From Candidatus Hodarchaeota archaeon (GTDB lineage Archaea > Asgardarchaeota > Heimdallarchaeia > Hodarchaeales > Hodarchaeaceae): a stretch of DNA of 17,458 bases. Under the pieces are notes generated by a model. It was not told the origin of the DNA. It was given only the letters and a program-made list of their open reading frames with translations, and did not search any database. A program made the position numbers and the translations under genes. Positions within the stretch are counted from its first letter, which is position 1, and each line of letters begins with the position of its first letter. Shown piece after piece: positions 15,066 to 17,458 of the stretch. Location of the stretch: the NCBI GenBank assembly GCA_016839625.1, contig JAEOTY010000196.1, positions 1 to 17,458 of the forward strand, given 5' to 3'.

Positions 15066-15629
15066 TTAATCTTTTAATGAAACCACTAATAGATCTTCGT
15101 AAATAGGTCCCTTTGGAGTTAGTGTACTCTTCTTTAGTATAAATTTCTCAATCTTATGAACACCAAATGCTTTTTCTTTCAAATCCTGAATCATTTTGGC
15201 AAGATTATTCTTATCAACACTTTTTAGCGATTTGATCCTGGCCAAAGTTAGATGAGCAGAGAATCCTCTTTTTTCTCTAGCAAAACCTAATGGATTCAAT
15301 TGTTTTTCAATCATTTGAAAAAGGTGTTTTAGAGATTCCTGTCCTTCTGTTATCCCGATCCAAACAACTCTTATATAATTGAGATTGGGAAAGCATCCTA
15401 TTCCATGCAATGTTAATGCAAACGGGGGAATTTTGATTTGTTTAATGGCATCTTTTACTAATTGGATGCGTTGTTCTGGCACCTCCCCTAGAAATTTTAA
15501 TGTTAAATGAAGGTGAGAAGATTTGACTGTACGAACTCCTTTATATTGCCTAATTTCTGAAATTTCGTCCTCTATTTGTTTGATTACTTGAGGATCATTG
15601 ATCTCAACGCATATGAAAGACCGAACCAT
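15066..15629 (-). CDS. thpR: RNA 2',3'-cyclic phosphodiesterase / 2'-5' RNA ligase (2H phosphoesterase, ThpR/LigT)
   Basis: Two H-x-T-x motifs at the expected spacing (SSHLHLTLKFLGEV and FSAHLTLARIKS). Length is 187 aa. GGAGTGA lies 6 nt upstream of the ATG. Confidence 0.87.
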   Translation of the reverse strand: MVRSFICVEINDPQVIKQIEDEISEIRQYKGVRTVKSSHLHLTLKFLGEVPEQRIQLVKDAIKQIKIPPFALTLHGIGCFPNLNYIRVVWIGITEGQESLKHLFQMIEKQLNPLGFAREKRGFSAHLTLARIKSLKSVDKNNLAKMIQDLKEKAFGVHKIEKFILKKSTLTPKGPIYEDLLVVSLKD

Positions 15630-15702
15630 TATTTTTCACTCCAATATGGTCTTAACTTAAGATTATATGCTAAAAGGAAATTATTTTTTTGTGTTGATAA
15701 AC

Positions 15703-16908
15703 TTAGGTTCTCTTTTTGATTTGTAAATTTCTCTTCAAATTTCTTGTTATTAAGTAAAGCGTCAATACTGCCGCTGAATACATTGTCGCAGTGATTGAAA
15801 ATGAGTGGTAAAATTCATCAGTCTCTTCGATCAGTATTGCACTTATTGAAGGACTAAAACTGCGACCGAGTCGATCACTGACTTGCATCAGCGATTGTAC
15901 TCTAGCACGAAAGGTTGCAGGGACATACTTCTGTAAAACAGTTGTCTGTGCTGGTATACTCATATTCATAAGTGCAATCCGAAATAAAAACGCAAATAAT
16001 GACAGAGGTAGGACTCTACTATACGCTAATATTAAAACTAATGGTATAGACAATCCTTGAGTAAGATAAATCACCCTAGTATCACTGAATTTATTAGATA
16101 ATGAAGGAATTAGTCCCATAAACACAGCAGTCATGATTTGTGCTGTAGCCATAATGACATTAATTTCAGAGGGACCAAGTGAGAATCGTCTAACGAAGTA
16201 AGGTTGGCTAAAAGGAACCAAAAAGCCCGCTCCAAACCCAATCATCAAAGAAATTAAGAAAAACCCAATGACAAATTTCCCTTCAGGGGCTGAGATTATT
16301 GCTCTTAAATCTTTATCTTCTTGATCTCTAGAATTATTTCTCCATTCGTCAGTATTTGCTAATAATAAAGACGGAATTATTGATAATGATGTAATTATTA
16401 ATGTTCCTATTATTGTCCATTGCAGGTTTCTATAAGAAAACTCATTTTGAAAAATAAAAAAGAAAAATGAAGAAAATAGATACCCCAACGCGAGACTCGA
16501 CCAGCGTGCTGTTTCATTCCTCGTAAATACATTAATTCTCTTATTCGGGTTATCATGGGCGAGAATTGCTACTTGTGAGGGCATAATCATTCCACCACCT
16601 AGTCCTACTCCGAATGCTCCAATTAGTAAATATTCCCAATGTGGAGTGAAAGCAATTAATACATATGACAAAGAGTAAACAAGGGTCCCACTAAATATCA
16701 GCCGTCGGTGACCTAGCTTGTCCGCAAGGAGGGCAGCTGGAAAAAGAAAGAGCAGATTAGTAAATGTTTGAACCGATTGAATGAAACCATAACTGATTAT
16801 AGTCCCTCCAAGCACCTCTACGTAAGAAGGAAAATTTCCCCGAGAAAGAGATTGTCCAAAGGCAAGAAATGCTGTTACAAGATAGATCAGAACATTGTTT
16901 TTCCTCAT
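15703..16908 (-). CDS. Major facilitator superfamily transporter
   Basis: 401 aa with about 10-12 hydrophobic helices. An MFS motif-A-like loop LADKLGHRRLI follows TM2. A central hydrophilic loop (NTDEWRNNSRDQEDKDLR) separates the two halves. Confidence 0.83.
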   Translation of the reverse strand: MRKNNVLIYLVTAFLAFGQSLSRGNFPSYVEVLGGTIISYGFIQSVQTFTNLLFLFPAALLADKLGHRRLIFSGTLVYSLSYVLIAFTPHWEYLLIGAFGVGLGGGMIMPSQVAILAHDNPNKRINVFTRNETARWSSLALGYLFSSFFFFIFQNEFSYRNLQWTIIGTLIITSLSIIPSLLLANTDEWRNNSRDQEDKDLRAIISAPEGKFVIGFFLISLMIGFGAGFLVPFSQPYFVRRFSLGPSEINVIMATAQIMTAVFMGLIPSLSNKFSDTRVIYLTQGLSIPLVLILAYSRVLPLSLFAFLFRIALMNMSIPAQTTVLQKYVPATFRARVQSLMQVSDRLGRSFSPSISAILIEETDEFYHSFSITATMYSAAVLTLYLITRNLKRNLQIKKRT

Positions 16909-17089
16909 TTAAACCCATCTTTTGCCTTTTAGAGATGAAAATTTTCGTTTAGTAAGTTGAAGTACAGTTGATCCTTTTTTTTGTGTCCAGAAAAGACTCA
17001 GTATAAAGGAATTTGATGAATCAGCAAAGTAATTCACTAAAAAGAATATTCTTTCAAGAGTAATTGGGATAGTTTAGTCTCCTCAAACT

Positions 17090-17458
17090 TCATTTGAATT
17101 GAACAACCTCATGAACATTTCCATAGGGATCTTTAAAGGCATTGAAGATACCTGCAGGAAATTCAATTGCTTCTGGATAGACAAATTCAACTCCTTTTTC
17201 GCTTAACTCGTTCATTGCTTTCTTTAAATCACTTGTTTTAAAAATAATTACAGACTGGGCTTCATTTGGATAATTAATCTTCGTAGATTTTTCAACTTTG
17301 TATAAAAGTAATCGAATATTTCCTTTTTGGACTAAATCCACTGCTTGGGGAGGGTAATAGTGTTCCTTTGACAATTCAAATCCCAGTATTTCAGTATACC
17401 AGGTTATTGCTTCCTCAAGATTAGTCACATTGATTTGATTCATAGCGATTTCTAACAT
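17090..17458 (-). CDS. VOC (glyoxalase / bleomycin-resistance / dioxygenase fold) family protein
   Basis: About 120 aa. The N-terminal INVTNLEEAITWYTEILGFEL and C-terminal FKDPYGNVHEVV match the beta-alpha-beta-beta-beta module pattern of the VOC family. The ATG sits exactly at the window edge. Met6 (17443) is an alternative start, and an upstream extension cannot be excluded. Confidence 0.75.
   Translation of the reverse strand: MLEIAMNQINVTNLEEAITWYTEILGFELSKEHYYPPQAVDLVQKGNIRLLLYKVEKSTKINYPNEAQSVIIFKTSDLKKAMNELSEKGVEFVYPEAIEFPAGIFNAFKDPYGNVHEVVQFK

Noticed and set aside
1-17458. Looked for CRISPR arrays, IS/transposase or integrase genes, terminal inverted repeats, rRNA/tRNA genes, toxin-antitoxin pairs and known defence-system signatures
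   Set aside because: None were seen. The only nucleotide-level repeats are the short ones listed above. The HEAT repeats are detectable at the protein level only. No ORF shows nuclease, ATPase or recombinase motifs.
15066-17458. Functional link between VOC/glyoxalase-fold protein, MFS transporter and ThpR, or to the aldolase cluster via methylglyoxal detoxification
   Set aside because: The genes are co-directional, but the gaps (73 and 181 nt) and unrelated biochemistry give no specific support. The VOC fold is too functionally diverse to infer glyoxalase I activity from sequence pattern alone.

Overview
AT-rich, gene-dense window with about 15 protein-coding genes. I found no rRNA, tRNA, CRISPR array or recognisable mobile element. 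All calls come from reading the sequence and the ORF translations by eye; no searches were run.

The contig looks archaeal, possibly Asgard/Loki-like. This is an unproven inference from four things: SD-like GGAGTGA/AGGTGA/GAGGTG motifs, TATA-like boxes about 30 nt before starts that lack an SD, a tungsten-type AOR, and a giant HEAT-repeat protein.

Layout:
1. 1-4699 (-): an uninterrupted reading frame of more than 1566 aa made of HEAT/PBS-lyase-type repeats. It is absent from the supplied ORF track because it runs off the left edge. I translated it by hand and found no stop.
2. 4912-6011: three small genes, namely a small membrane protein, a divergent winged-helix regulator whose ATG abuts the other gene's ATG, and a 2-TM miniprotein.
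3. 6136-11798 (+): a tightly spaced co-directional cluster of aldehyde:ferredoxin oxidoreductase, SCP2 lipid-binding protein, class II aldolase/epimerase-family protein, FGGY sugar kinase and D-2-hydroxyacid dehydrogenase.
4. 11858-14547 (-): a PlsC-type (HX4D) acyltransferase followed 44 nt later by an alpha/beta-hydrolase fused to a polytopic membrane domain.
5. 14793-14972 (+): a 59-aa CxxC...CxxC zinc-ribbon ORF below the track cutoff, preceded by a repeat/hairpin element.
6. 15066-17458 (-): ThpR/LigT 2H phosphoesterase, an MFS transporter and a VOC/glyoxalase-fold protein.

Nothing here resembles a known defence or mobile system. The most unusual items are the ester-lipid-type acyltransferase plus membrane esterase pair in an apparently archaeal context, the AOR-linked sugar-phosphate cluster, and the giant all-HEAT protein.
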